DNA from: Hemiscyllium ocellatum
Taxonomy: Eukaryota
DNA length: 64,000 nt
Assembly (NCBI RefSeq): GCF_020745735.1
Contig: NC_083416.1
Coordinates: 29,168,543-29,232,542, forward strand
Direction: 5' to 3'
A model generated the notes under the pieces. That model ran no database searches and was not told the DNA's origin. It saw only the letters and a list, made by a program, of their open reading frames with translations. Below are positions 35,740 to 47,610 of this stretch, piece after piece. Numbering within the stretch: position 1 is the first letter of the stretch; every line of letters starts with the position of its first letter. The position numbers were made by a program, and so were the translations under genes.

Positions 35740-37669
35740 CAAGCTGGCTAAGATAAAAGCTAGGGAGGAGGGACTTGTGGGAGGGGTGTTGGGAATGCAA
35801 TAGGTGGAAGGAAGTTAAGTTGAGGGTGATAGGCCGGAGAGGGAGCGGGGCGGAGAGGTCAGGAAGAAGATTGCAGGTCAAGAAGGCAGTGCGGAGTCCG
35901 AGGGTTGGGACTGAGATAAGGTAGGGGGAGGGGAAATGAGGAAGTTGGAGAAATCTGTATTCATCCCTTGCAGTTGGAGGGGTCCTAAGCGGAAGGTGGG
36001 GCACTCTTCCTCCAGGCGTCGTGTTGCTATGGTCTGGCAGAGGCCAAGGACTTGCATGTCCTTGGTGGAGTGGGAGGGGGAGTTAAAGTGTTCAGCCAGG
36101 GAAGGTGGGTTGGTTGGTGCTCTCCACCACATCTCCTCCACTTCCCACTCCTCCACCCTTGAACCCCGCCCCTCCAATTGCCATCAGGACAGAACCCCAC
36201 TGGTCCTCACCTACCACCCCACCAACCTCCAGATACATCGTATCATCCTTCGTCATTTCCGCCACCTCCAAACAGACCCCATAACCAAGGATATATTTCT
36301 CTCCCCTTCCCTATCAGCGTTCCGGAAAGACCACTCCCTCCATGACTCCCTCGTCAGGTCCACACACCCCCACCACCCAACCTCCACTCCTGGCACCTTC
36401 CCCTGCAACCACAAGAAATTCAAAATTTGCGCCCACACCTTCCCCCTCACTTCCCTCCAAGGCCCCAAGGGATCCTTCCATGTCCATCGCAAATTCACCT
36501 GTACTTCCACACACATCATTTACTGCATCCGCTGCACCCGATGTGGCCTTCTCTACATTTGGGAGGCAGGCCGCCTACTTGCGGAACTTTTCAGAGAACA
36601 CCTCTGGGACACCCAGACCAACCAATCCAACCGAGCAGTGGCTGAACACTTTAACTCCCCTTCCCACTCCGCCAAGGACATGCAGGTCCTTGGCCTCCTC
36701 CATCGCCAGACCATGGCAACATGACTCCTGGAGGAAGAGCGCCTCATCTTCTGCCTAGGATCCCTCCAACCACAAGGGATGAATGCAGATTTCTCCAGCT
36801 TCCTCATCTCCCCTCTCTCCACCTTATCTCAGTCCCAACCCTCGGACTCAGCACCGCCTTCTTGACCTGCAATCTTCTTCCCGACCTCTCTGCCCTCACC
36901 CCCTCTCCGGCCTATTCCCTCCTCCCTAGCTTTTATCTTAGCCTGCTTGGCACACCTTCCTCATTCCTGAAGAAGGGCTTATGGCCCAAACGTCGTTTCT
37001 CTTGCTCCTTGGATGCTGCCTGACCTGCTGCACTTTTCCTGCAACACATTTTTCAGCTCTGATCTCCAGCATCTTACTGATGGCAATATTTTATGTCCAC
37101 ATTTTCAAAATTGAATTAAAATTTTCAAACTGTTGTGGTAGAATTTGGATTTGTATTGTAAGCTTGTTAGTTCAGTAATCACACTGCATTGAATATTGCT
37201 TTGGATTCTTAACATTAAAGAAAACAAAGGTATCGCTGTGAACTTTCTTAAGGAACAGATGCTCAGTAATATACTGAGGCTAAGAACGAATGAACCAAAA
37301 TTTGATCAAAATAATGCGTTTTGAGTTGGAGAGACAAGACGTGAGGTGATGGTTTGGAGAGTGAATCCAGAAATTGGAACTGATGCAAAAGCTTTGCTAT
37401 GAATGGTGGGGTAAAGTGAGGGAGGACACAGAGTCAGGGAGAAAGGATACGGTAGGTGATTTTGGCTAGAGGTAGATTGGGACAACACTGTTAAAGGATC
37501 TGAAGGTGAGTGCAATTTTGTGTTGAGAGAATAAAAGATGCTGATATGGATTAATGAGGAGAGGGTACTGAGCAAATGTGGAAAGATACGTTCTGTTCCT
37601 ATTCTATTAGTAAAGCCACATCCTACCAATATTGTATTAAACAAAATTCTACAATACTTTTTAGGGTGT

Positions 37670-38380
37670 ATCCATAGGACCTGGGTGTTCTTGTGCACCA
37701 GTTACTGAAAGTAAACACTTTGCCACAGCCAGCAGTAAAAAAAGTAAACTGTATTTTGGCCTTCCATGGAGAGAAGTCTGTAGTACAGGGACCAGGATAT
37801 CTGGTCCCTATATTCAGGGCACTACTGAGACCACACCTGGAATATTGTGTGCAGTATTGGTCTCCTTATCTGTGGAAGGATGTTCTTGCTATGGAGGGAG
37901 TGCAGCAAAGATTTATCAGATTGATTCCTGGGATAGCAGGACTAACATATGAGGAGCAATCTAATCAGTTTGAAATGTATTCACTGGAGTTTAGAAGAAT
38001 GAAGGATGATTTCATAGAAACTTATAAAATTCTAACAGGACTAGCAGATTAGATGCAGGATAGATGTTCCTGATGGTGGGGGAGTTCAGAACCAGAGGTC
38101 GTGGTTTAAGAATAAGGGGGTAAACCTTTTAGGACTGAGTTGAGGAGAAATTTCTTCACCCAGAGAGTGGTGAATCTGTGGAATTCAATGCCACAGAAGG
38201 TAATTGAGGCTAAAACATGATGTTTTCAAGAAGGAGGTAGACATCTCTCTTGTGACTAAAGGAATCAAGGGATATGATGAGTAGGCAGGATAAGGGTATT
38301 AAGCTGAATGATCAGCCATGATCATATTAAATAGCAGAGCAGGCTTGAGGGGTTGAATGACTATACCCGCATATTTGTAT
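37670..38380 (+). mobile_element. CR1 3' fragment
   Basis: ORF 37693-38052 LRPHLEYCVQYWSPYL..YSLEFRRM plus 3' UTR. Confidence 0.85.
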
Positions 38381-38539
38381 TGAAGCAAAAAGGCAAAATG
38401 GCAGTAGAAGCTGCATAGATATTAAATGTACTTTTATTTCAATATTGATCAGGCTAGATTTGTGAAGTGCATGGGTTAAAGCATTCAACTAACACATTCA
38501 AGAAGGTACATATAAATAATTATTGCACAAGATAGGAGC

Positions 38540-39515
38540 TCACTGAAATGGGATAATATATTAAGGATTGGTTCACACACAGAAGACCAAGAATCAGGAT
38601 TAATGGATTATTTACCATTTACGTTATGAGATGGAAGAGGGGGAAGAGTAGAATATATCCAAATTTCTGTACAAAAGTAGTTCTGAAGATACATTGTGAT
38701 AAAGATATTAGGAATCTGCAAGAGGAGATACATGGTTGGGTGAGTGGACAAAAACCTGGCAAACGATGATTAATGTAAGAAAGTGTGAGGTCATGTACTT
38801 TGATAAGAAGAATCAAAAAGCAGACTACTGTTTAACGGAGAGAGGCTCCAAAAAGTGTAGCACAGAGGGATCTTGGTGTTCTTGTGCATGAAACACCAAC
38901 AGTTATCATGTGGTTAGTATAAGTAATTAAAAAGTCAAATGGAATTTCGGCGTTATTGCTACGGGTTTCAAGTTTAAATATACGGAAGTCTTGTTACAAT
39001 CATATGGGGTATTGGTGAAGCTACACCCTAGAGCACTATGTACAGTTTTGGCCCCTGTATTTAGGAAAGGATATAATGGCATTGGGGATATTCAAAAGAG
39101 ATTCACTTGGCTGATTCTTGGGATGAGGGATCGATTATGATTGGCTAAACAGGTTAGGCTTTTATTTCATTAGAGTTTAGAAGAATGAGGGGTGATCTAT
39201 TTGAAACATACAAGATTTTGAGGTCTTGACAGGGCACATTGTTGAGAAAATGTTACTATCAGTGGAGGAATCTTGAACTAGCGGACATAGCAACAAATTA
39301 AGTGGACATGCATTTAAAATGGTATTGCAAAGGAATTTCTTCTCTCAGAGGGCACTGAACATCCAGAATTCTCCACCCCAGAGTAATAGAGGCTAGATCA
39401 CTGAAAGTGTTAAAAATGAGTTGAGACATGGGATAAATCAGCTCAGATTTTACAAAATGGTAGACAGGTTTTAGGGAATAAATGTCCTACTCGTGCTGCT
39501 ATTTCTTACGATCTA
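38540..39515 (+). mobile_element. Old CR1 3' fragment
   Basis: KCEVM, DLGVLV and Y.QFW remnants. Confidence 0.6.
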
Positions 39516-40512
39516 ACTGTGATACAATAAATACCGTGATACTAATCTGGAAATCCAGTTGTGTTGAACAAATAAAGTGACTGAGTGAAGTATCTACTGG
39601 TATTGACTTATGGTGAGGACACTGACTACGACAGAGAGACAGTTTGAAACAAATGTAAATTGACAGATACAAGTACATATTAATTAGATGAGTGGGTTAC
39701 AGACCAAAAGATGCCTACACAGAATTTAAATAGAGAGAGGAGAGATAAACACAAATATTGACTAAAAATCTCTCCGTATGTTTCATTGAGCCCAGAGAAA
39801 ATGTGTGCCCACACTACATATTCTTAAGGAAAATATATAACTTGTAATGCATTGAAGAATTTATGGTCAGTAGAAAGACAAAGAGAAATAAAACCTCCTG
39901 TATAAAAACAAACAAATACATTTAGAGTCATGATTTTCAAATTTTCCTGTGTGAGAAACTGACTGAAAATGTTGACATACTCCTACGAACACCAGCTAAT
40001 ATTGACTTAAGAAATTGAGTTCTTAACTACCAAGTGTCCTCAAGCTAACATAATTTTTTTTACTCTATTTCCCATCAACAGAAATAAGAATAGAAAATAA
40101 GCAATGAGAACAAAGATCTGCCAGCCTCAGGCACTTCTGAAAGATCTTTCAAGATCCATTACATAAATATATTACAAATACAATGAATATTATTGTTGTT
40201 ATGCCAAAATGGATATCAATATCTTTTTTAATTCATTCATAGAATGTGGGCATCACTGGCTGGGCCCATATTCATTATCCATCTTTAATTGCCGAGTAAA
40301 TAATTAAGAGTCAACCATATTACTGTGGACCTGTCAGCAAGACCAGGTAAGGACGGCAGATTTCCTTCCATAAAGAGACATCTGTAAACATTTTTATAAT
40401 AAGGAAAGGAGTCATATTTACTTGAACAAATGTTTATAGTTCAAATGTACGCTTAAGAATTTCACTGCTAGGGGAATGAGGGAAAAGCTGAGACAGATTA
40501 TGTTGTGAAAGC

Positions 40513-41164
40513 TGTTATGGACCAGACAGATCTCCTTAAAATATTTTAAGAAGGTAGCCTAGAACCTAACTTTATCTTATTTCAAAGGCAAATATAAAAT
40601 ACTGTCTTCCAGATACAATTCAACTAGTCAAGTTATACTTGGCATTATGCAAGACACAATTTATTCAAACACTATAGTTAAAATAAAACAAAGGAAAAAA
40701 TGCTTTGAATAACAACTTGACTGAAAATCTGAACAGAATAATAGATACACTAACTATTATTCATCAACTTTTCCTATGTCGTAACATCCCATAAATATAC
40801 CTCTTGGAAAAATTCAGAAAACAGATTTGTCTTACATGTAACTCCAGCAACCAAGAAGAAAAAGCAAAGAGAAAACTCAGAGAGTAGCAGCCAGGAAATA
40901 TTTACTGCAGCTTCCATCCTTGCTGAAACTTCAACAGCAACTGATACTGAATCTCAGAGCACAAAATTAAAACCTGGAATTACTGGTTTGTGAAAGCTGG
41001 CCACACTCAGCCAGGCTGCTTCTATTGTTCCAACTTTAAAAAATCAGCTAAGGCCTCTCAAGCTGTTTATGGGCCTTTATTAGCCAGCTTGGCATCTCTG
41101 CCTTAAAATCTCTCTTAAAAGAAACCAAGAGAAATATACCTCTTAAAGCCACAGCATCACCACA
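40513..41164. mobile_element. Putative solo LTR
   Basis: About 650-bp block starting TGTTA and ending CACA; no convincing TSD. Confidence 0.3.
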
Positions 41165-41502
41165 AGGTGGAAGTAAATATTTTGATTAAATATTGTACTC
41201 AGTTGACAAGGAATCAAAGGTGCGTGAAGTTGGATGCAGGTTATGAAATTTTGAAGGGAGCCAAATGTGATTAGTTTAGCTTCTCTTAATAGCAACTTAA
41301 AGCCAACTTGTAGAGTTAAAAGTTATAGTGGAAAGGTAAACTGAGTCTCAGTAGAGCACATATGACTTGTTTACCAACGATTGGGATTTATCAGAGGTAC
41401 AGCTTCTAAGTATGTAAAAGAAGCCGACCACAAATAAGACTTAAAAATAACCACATGAAAAGCAAAACTATTGGTATAGACTGCTGTTGCAAAAGGAACA
41501 AA

Positions 41503-41727
41503 AGCAAATTACTGCAGATGCTGGAATCTGAAACCAAAAGAGAAAATGCTGGAAAATCTCAGCAGTCTGGCAGCATCTGTCAGGAGAGAAAAGAGCTGAT
41601 GTTTCAAGTCTAACTGACCCTTTGTCAAAGCTGACAAAGGGTCAATTAGACTTGAAATTCAGCTCTTTTCTCTCCTGACAGATGCTGCCAGACCTGCTGA
41701 GATTTTCCAGCATTTTCTCTTTTGGTG
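41503..41727. mobile_element. Short fold-back element with decayed hammerhead-like cores back to back at its centre
   Basis: Inverted arms of about 95 bp centred near 41630; 14-bp TSD GCAAAAGGAACAAA (41489-41502, 41728-41741); CTGACAA..GAAA remnant. Confidence 0.8.
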
Positions 41728-43406
41728 GCAAAAGGAACAAATATTGATTTTAAATAAATTTATTTGGTCTCGCTGTGATTTTTATTGGTGGTCATGGCAT
41801 TGATGCAAGGCTTTATTGGAAAAGAAGGATATAAGACTGAGAATTGTTAAATTACCTGAACTCATTGCGCACAATTTTTTTTGTCACAATGATGATAAAA
41901 TATGGACCATTGATTTTTGAAGCCATCATCTGATTTTTATATGTGGAACTTTCAAAGACAGAAATGAATAACAAAAAAGGGACACAACCACTGATCTAAA
42001 ATGACCACAGCAAATACCTGATGACACAGTTTAGCCAAACTTAATGAAGTCAACATGGAATAAACAAAATAATCAAGCTGAACTGAAGTTAGCGATTTAT
42101 CAAAGACACCAAAACCAGTCAACCCACTCAGGCTTGAAAAGGTCTTTTCCTACTGTTTCAACTTATAACATTATGGGATTTTTCAAATATTGGAGATGAT
42201 ACCCCACTTACAATTAGCAAACAAGAAAAAACACATAGCTTGTGCAGGCAGAATGAACAAACTAATTTGTACTTCAAGCAGAAGAGAGCAGGGGACTGCA
42301 GAATGTAACTGCAGAAAGTGCTCTGTCTGCCTTTCAAGAACAAAAAGTGACCAGTGACAAGACAGGTTTAAAAGAAACATCAGAACATCAAGAATTCAAA
42401 GGACAACTGAAATATTCACTATTGTTGATTATTTAAGACTCTAAATAATTAACTGTGATCTCAGAATTAAAATATACAACTCAAAAACACCTTAAGCACT
42501 TTATGTTGTACATTCCTTTTATCTTCTTTTTGTATTAGACATTATCCTTGTTTAGGTTTGTATAAGTATACGTGTACACTTGACATTGTGTCTTATTTTC
42601 ATTCGTAGTTGGCTGATGATAAAATTGCTCACCCTTTCACTCAAGAAAAACATTGTAATTGGCTCCTTATTGCTACAATAGAAATTAGTTAATTGCATTT
42701 TACTTGGAGACAGATATAACTTCATGCTAAAAAGAAAATTAACCTTCATTGCGGTCATTCAGGAAAGTTGAAAAAGGGCAGCCAATTCAGTACCTGATCA
42801 CATTACTGTTTTTTCTAGGCTGTTTGGTTTAGAGCAGTCAATGTGGGAAGTAAGTATTTTACTTTTTGTTTCCTTTTCCAGTTATACTGTGCTCAATTAT
42901 ATCTCCAAGTAGCATAAATTACTGTTACACTCTCATTAATATTGTCAATTTTGATTTGATTATGATCATAATTTTATATCAATTAAAAAATTAGAAAACT
43001 TTTCTCCTCTCAGCAAGTAAGTACTTTTTCTACTTTCTTCATCACCCAAGGTTACATATGTAGAGTAAGATTTTGCTATTGTTTCACAGCCTCTTAACTT
43101 GTTAACTGTAGCAAGGATATGCTACACACCTTACATTACCAGCATCAAAATTGAAGAAAAGTACATTAGCATTGTTGAGGTTAAAATTATATCCAACATA
43201 ATACACCATTTAGAGACATAATGTGGGATTTTCATTTTGTCTTTCTCCCTGATTTGCAGTGATATTGGCATGAGCAGGGAAAGGAAATGCTAACTGTGGA
43301 CTATTAGTAGTCTTTTGGGCTGATGTATTTTTCAGCAGAAATAATTACATTTGCTTATTATGATATAATCACATTATATGACACATATTCATCATTAATG
43401 CAATGG

Positions 43407-46400
43407 ATAGAACATAGAACATAGTACAGTATCACACAGTACAGCCCCTTTGGCCCACAATGCCATGCTGACCATTTAACCTAATCTACGATCAATCTAA
43501 TCTGCACACCCCTCAATTTACTGCTATTAATGTGCTTGTCCAGTAGTCGCTTAAATGTCTCTTATGTCTCTGACTCTGGCAGAGTCATTCCACAGTACAT
43601 TCCACACACCTACCACTCTCTGTGTAATGAATCCACCTCTGACATCTCCCCTATACCTTCCTCCAGTCAGCTTAAAATTATGACCCCTTGTGACAGACAT
43701 TTCTGTCCTGGGGAAAAGTCTCTGGCTATTCTCTCTATCTCTATCTCTCACTACTTTGTACACCTCTGTCAAGTCACCTCTCTTCCTTTTTCTCTGCAGT
43801 GTGGAAAACCCAAGCTTACTCAACCTCTCTTCGTAAGACAAGTCCTCAAATCCAGGCAGCATCCTGGTAAATCTCCTCTGCACCTTCTCCAAAGCATCTA
43901 CATCCTTCCTATAATGAGACAACCAGAACTGGACACGATATTCCAAGTATGGTCTAACCAGAGTTTTATAAAGCTGCAGCAAAACTTCACGGCTCTTAAA
44001 CCCAATACACCTGTTAATGAAAGCCAAAACACCACATGCCTTCTTAATAGCCCTATCAACTTGGTTGGCAACTTTGAGGGATCTATGGATGTGGACCCCA
44101 AGATCACTCTGTTCCTCCACACTGCCAAAAATCCTGTCTTTAACCCTATATTCAGCATTCAAATTCAACATTCCAAGATGAATCACTCCACATTTATGCA
44201 GGTTGAATTCCATCTGCCACTTCTCCACTCAGATCTGCATCCAGTCAATGTCTTGTTGTAGCCTGCAACAGTCCCCGACACTATCTACAACACCAGCGAC
44301 CTTTGTGTCATCGGCAAACTTACTAACCCACCCTTCCACTTCTTCATGCAAGTCGTTTATAAGAACTACAAAGAGCAGAGGCCCAAGAACAGATCCTTGC
44401 AGGACACCACTAGTCACCGACCTCCTGGCAGAATACTTTCCTTCCACTACCGCTCGCTGTCTTCTTTCAGTTAGCTAATTCTGTACCCTGACAGCCAAAC
44501 TTACCTGTATCCCATACCTCCTAACTTTCTGAATGAGCCAACTGTGGGGAACCTTATCAAATGCCTTACTGAAATCCATATACGCCACATCCACTGCTCG
44601 ACCTTCGTCATCTTGTCTCATCACAACAAAAGAAGTCAATAAGGCTTATGAGGTGTGACCTGCCCCTCATAAAGCCATGCTGACTATCTTTAGTCAAACC
44701 ACGTTTTTGCAAATAGTCATAAATCCTATCTCTCAGAATCCTTTCCAGTGCCTTGCTTGCCACATAGTAAGACTAACTGGTCTGTAATTCCCAGGGATTT
44801 CCCTATTTCCCTTCTTGCACAGAGGAACAACATTTGCCTCCCTCCAATCATCCAGTACTACTCCTGCGGAGAGCGAGAGTGCAAAGGTCATCGCCAAAGG
44901 TGCGGCAATCTCATTCCATGCTTCCCATAGTATCTGATCCTGCCCTGGGGACATATCTATCTTGATGCTTCCCAGAATTTCAGCATGTCCACTTCCTTAA
45001 TATCAATCTGTTCAAGCCTATTAACATGGTCCACGGTGTTCTCACTATCAACAAGGTCCCTCTCTCTCGTGAAAACGGAAGCAAAAAACTTATTTAGTGC
45101 CTCCTCTACCTCTTCAGACTCCAGGCACAAGTTCCCTCCACTATCCCTAATTTGGCCTACCCTCTCTCTTTTGATTTTCTCTATTCCTTCCCACTAAGGC
45201 TATCTCGTGCCCCCGCCCCCCCCCCCCCCAGCTCTCAGTTCATTTTTGAGTTCTTTCCTCGTTACCCTGTAATCCTGTAAAGCTGTGCCAGATCCTTCCT
45301 TACCTTTGGTTCCTTCCCCTTATTATTCCTTGCTTGTCTCAGTGAGACAAAGTTATCAAACACTTGCAACAAATGCTCCTTAAACAGCCTGCACATTTCT
45401 GTTGTGCATTTCCAGTAGAACAATTGTTCCCAATTTATATTCCACAGCTCCTGTCTAATAGCAGTATAATTTCCCCTCCCCCAATTAAATACTTCCCCAT
45501 ACTGTCTGTTCCTATCCCTTTTCATGGCTATGGTAAATGTGAGGAAGTTGTAACCACTGTCACCGAAACACTCTCACACATTGCCTGGCTCGTTGCCTAG
45601 CACCAATCCAATATGGCCTCCCCCAGTCAGCCTATCTACATATTGAGTCTGGAATCCTTCCTGGCCATATCTGACAAAATCAGCTCCATCCAGACTATCT
45701 GCACTAAGGAGGTTTCAATCAATATTGGGGAAGTTGAAGTCACCCATAACAACAACTCTGTTACATCTGCACCTTTCCAAGATCTGCTGTCCAATCTGTT
45801 CTTCCATCTCCCTTTTGCTATGGACGAGGGGGGGTTGTGGTTATAGAAAACACCCAATAAAGTCACTGCTCTTTTCCTGTTATTCACTTTCATCCATACT
45901 GACTCAGTAGACAATCTCTCCTCAACAGCCTCCTTTTACGCAGCTGTGATGCACTCTCTAATTAACAATGCTACTCACCCTCCTCTTTAACTCCCTTCCC
46001 TGGTCTTTTAAAAAGATCTAAACCCTGGAACATCCAACAACAATTTCTGCACCTATGAAATCCATGTCTTCGTTATGGCCACAACATCATTGTTCCAAAT
46101 ATTGATCCATGCTCTCAGTTCATCACTCTTATTCATGATACTCCTTGCATTGAAACAGACACACGTTAAAACATCCCTTTGCCCTATAAACTGTGTATCC
46201 TTCCTAACAGACTCTCTGCATTTTATTTCTGCCTGTTCACCCTCTAGTTCCCATCCCCCTGCAAAACTAGTTTAAACCCTCCCAAAGTGCTCTCGCAAAT
46301 CTCCCACCCACAACATTGGTGCCCTTCCAGTTTACATGCAACCTGTCCTTCATGTACAGGTCTCACTTTCCCCAGTTATCTATGTATCTAAAGCCCTCCC

Positions 46401-47610
46401 ACCTTCACTAGCCCTGTAGCCACGTGTTTAGCTGCTCTCGCTCCCTGTTCCTCGCTTCACTAACACGTGGCACCGGCAGTAATTCTGAGATTACTACTGT
46501 GCTCATTCTGCTTTTTAGTTTCCAACCTAACTCCCTGAAATCACGTTTTAGAACCTCATTCCTTTTCCTAGCTATGTCATTAGGGCCAATGTGCACCACA
46601 ACTTCTGGTTGCTCACCCTCCCCCTTCAGAATCTCTAAGATACCTTCTGGGAGTCCCGTTCACGATCACAGAATCTCTTGTCCTTGCCTCTAACTATTGA
46701 CTCTCCTACCACGAGCACTTTTCTATTCTCCTCCCTTCCCTTCTGAGCCATAGACCCAGGCTCAGTGCCAGAGATCTAGCCACTATGGTTTTCCCCTGGT
46801 AGATAGCCCCACCAATAGTATCCAAAACAGTATATTAATTATTAAGGGGAATGGGCTCAGGGGATTCCTGCACTGCCTGCCTGTTCCCTTTCTGTCCCCT
46901 GACTGTAACCCATCTAACTTTTTCCTGTACCTGAGGTGAGACTACCTCCCTGCACCTCCTCTCTATTACTTACTTTGCCTCCCGAATGATCCAAAGTTCA
47001 TCCAGCTCCAGCTCTAGTTCCCTAATGGAGTTTCCGAGGAGCTGGAGTTGGGTGCACTTCCTGCAGATGAAGTGGTGACCCTAGCCTCTCACATCTATAG
47101 GAGGAGCATGCAACTGCCCTAACATCCATTCCCACCATTGAATTTCCAAAAAGACTACTGAGGAAAGACTAGTAGCCTTGCTGAATCAGCACACAGAACC
47201 TTTTTTTTGTTTAGGGGACGAAGATGGGTAAGAGAAGTAGTGTTTTGTGCAAAGCAACTGCCCAGATACATTACCTCACTTACTCAGCAGTCCCGTGTCC
47301 GCTCCTGCTCAGCCTATTCATGAGGTAAGTTTTTAAAGGATTAATTTACCTTCCCGGCAGCCCTCAAAACCTCGTTCTGACTGCCCCTGCTGCTGCTGCA
47401 AAAATGGAGGCTGCTGATTTAATGAGGCAAGTAATTAAAGCATTAATTTACCTTCCTGGCAGCCCCCGATCCTTGCTGTCACCACTCCCACTGCTGCTGC
47501 AAAAATGGAGGCCACTGAACCCACGAGGTACATTTTTAAAGGATTAATTTACCTTCACAGCAGTCCCTGGTCTTCGCTCTCACTGCTCCTGCAGCTGTTG
47601 CAAAAATGGA
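43407..47610 (-). mobile_element. Near full-length decayed CR1 LINE (ORF1 Zn-finger plus SGNH esterase; ORF2 APE-RT)
   Basis: (TTCTATG)n tail at 43407; RT ORFs 43551-44447 (QGSVLGP, FADD), NYRPVSLT, APE remnants at 45636-45914, VHIGPND esterase block at 46408-46599. Confidence 0.9.
47322..47610. repeat. Three diverged tandem units of about 100 bp at the CR1 5' end
   Basis: gaggtaa..ttaaaggattaatttaccttc..gcag..gctgctgcaaaaatgga recurs near 47322, 47424 and 47526. Confidence 0.7.

Larger units (their letters stand above)
34394..37071 (+). mobile_element. Neptune-type PLE with a 5' inverted terminal segment (outer element)
   Basis: 9-bp TSD TCTTACTGA (34385-34393, 37072-37080); inverted arm 34394-34508 plus 35749-36110; sense part about 36117-37071 encodes the Cys linker and GIY-YIG (IIYCIRCTRCGLLYI). 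Confidence 0.88.

Noticed and set aside
43530-44261. 243-aa plus-strand ORF, and similar ORFs at 59758-60693
   Set aside because: Antisense shadows of CR1 RT.
47322-47610. Repeat-spacer-like pattern resembling CRISPR
   Set aside because: Only three diverged units with related spacers, in a vertebrate LINE 5' end, with no cas genes.
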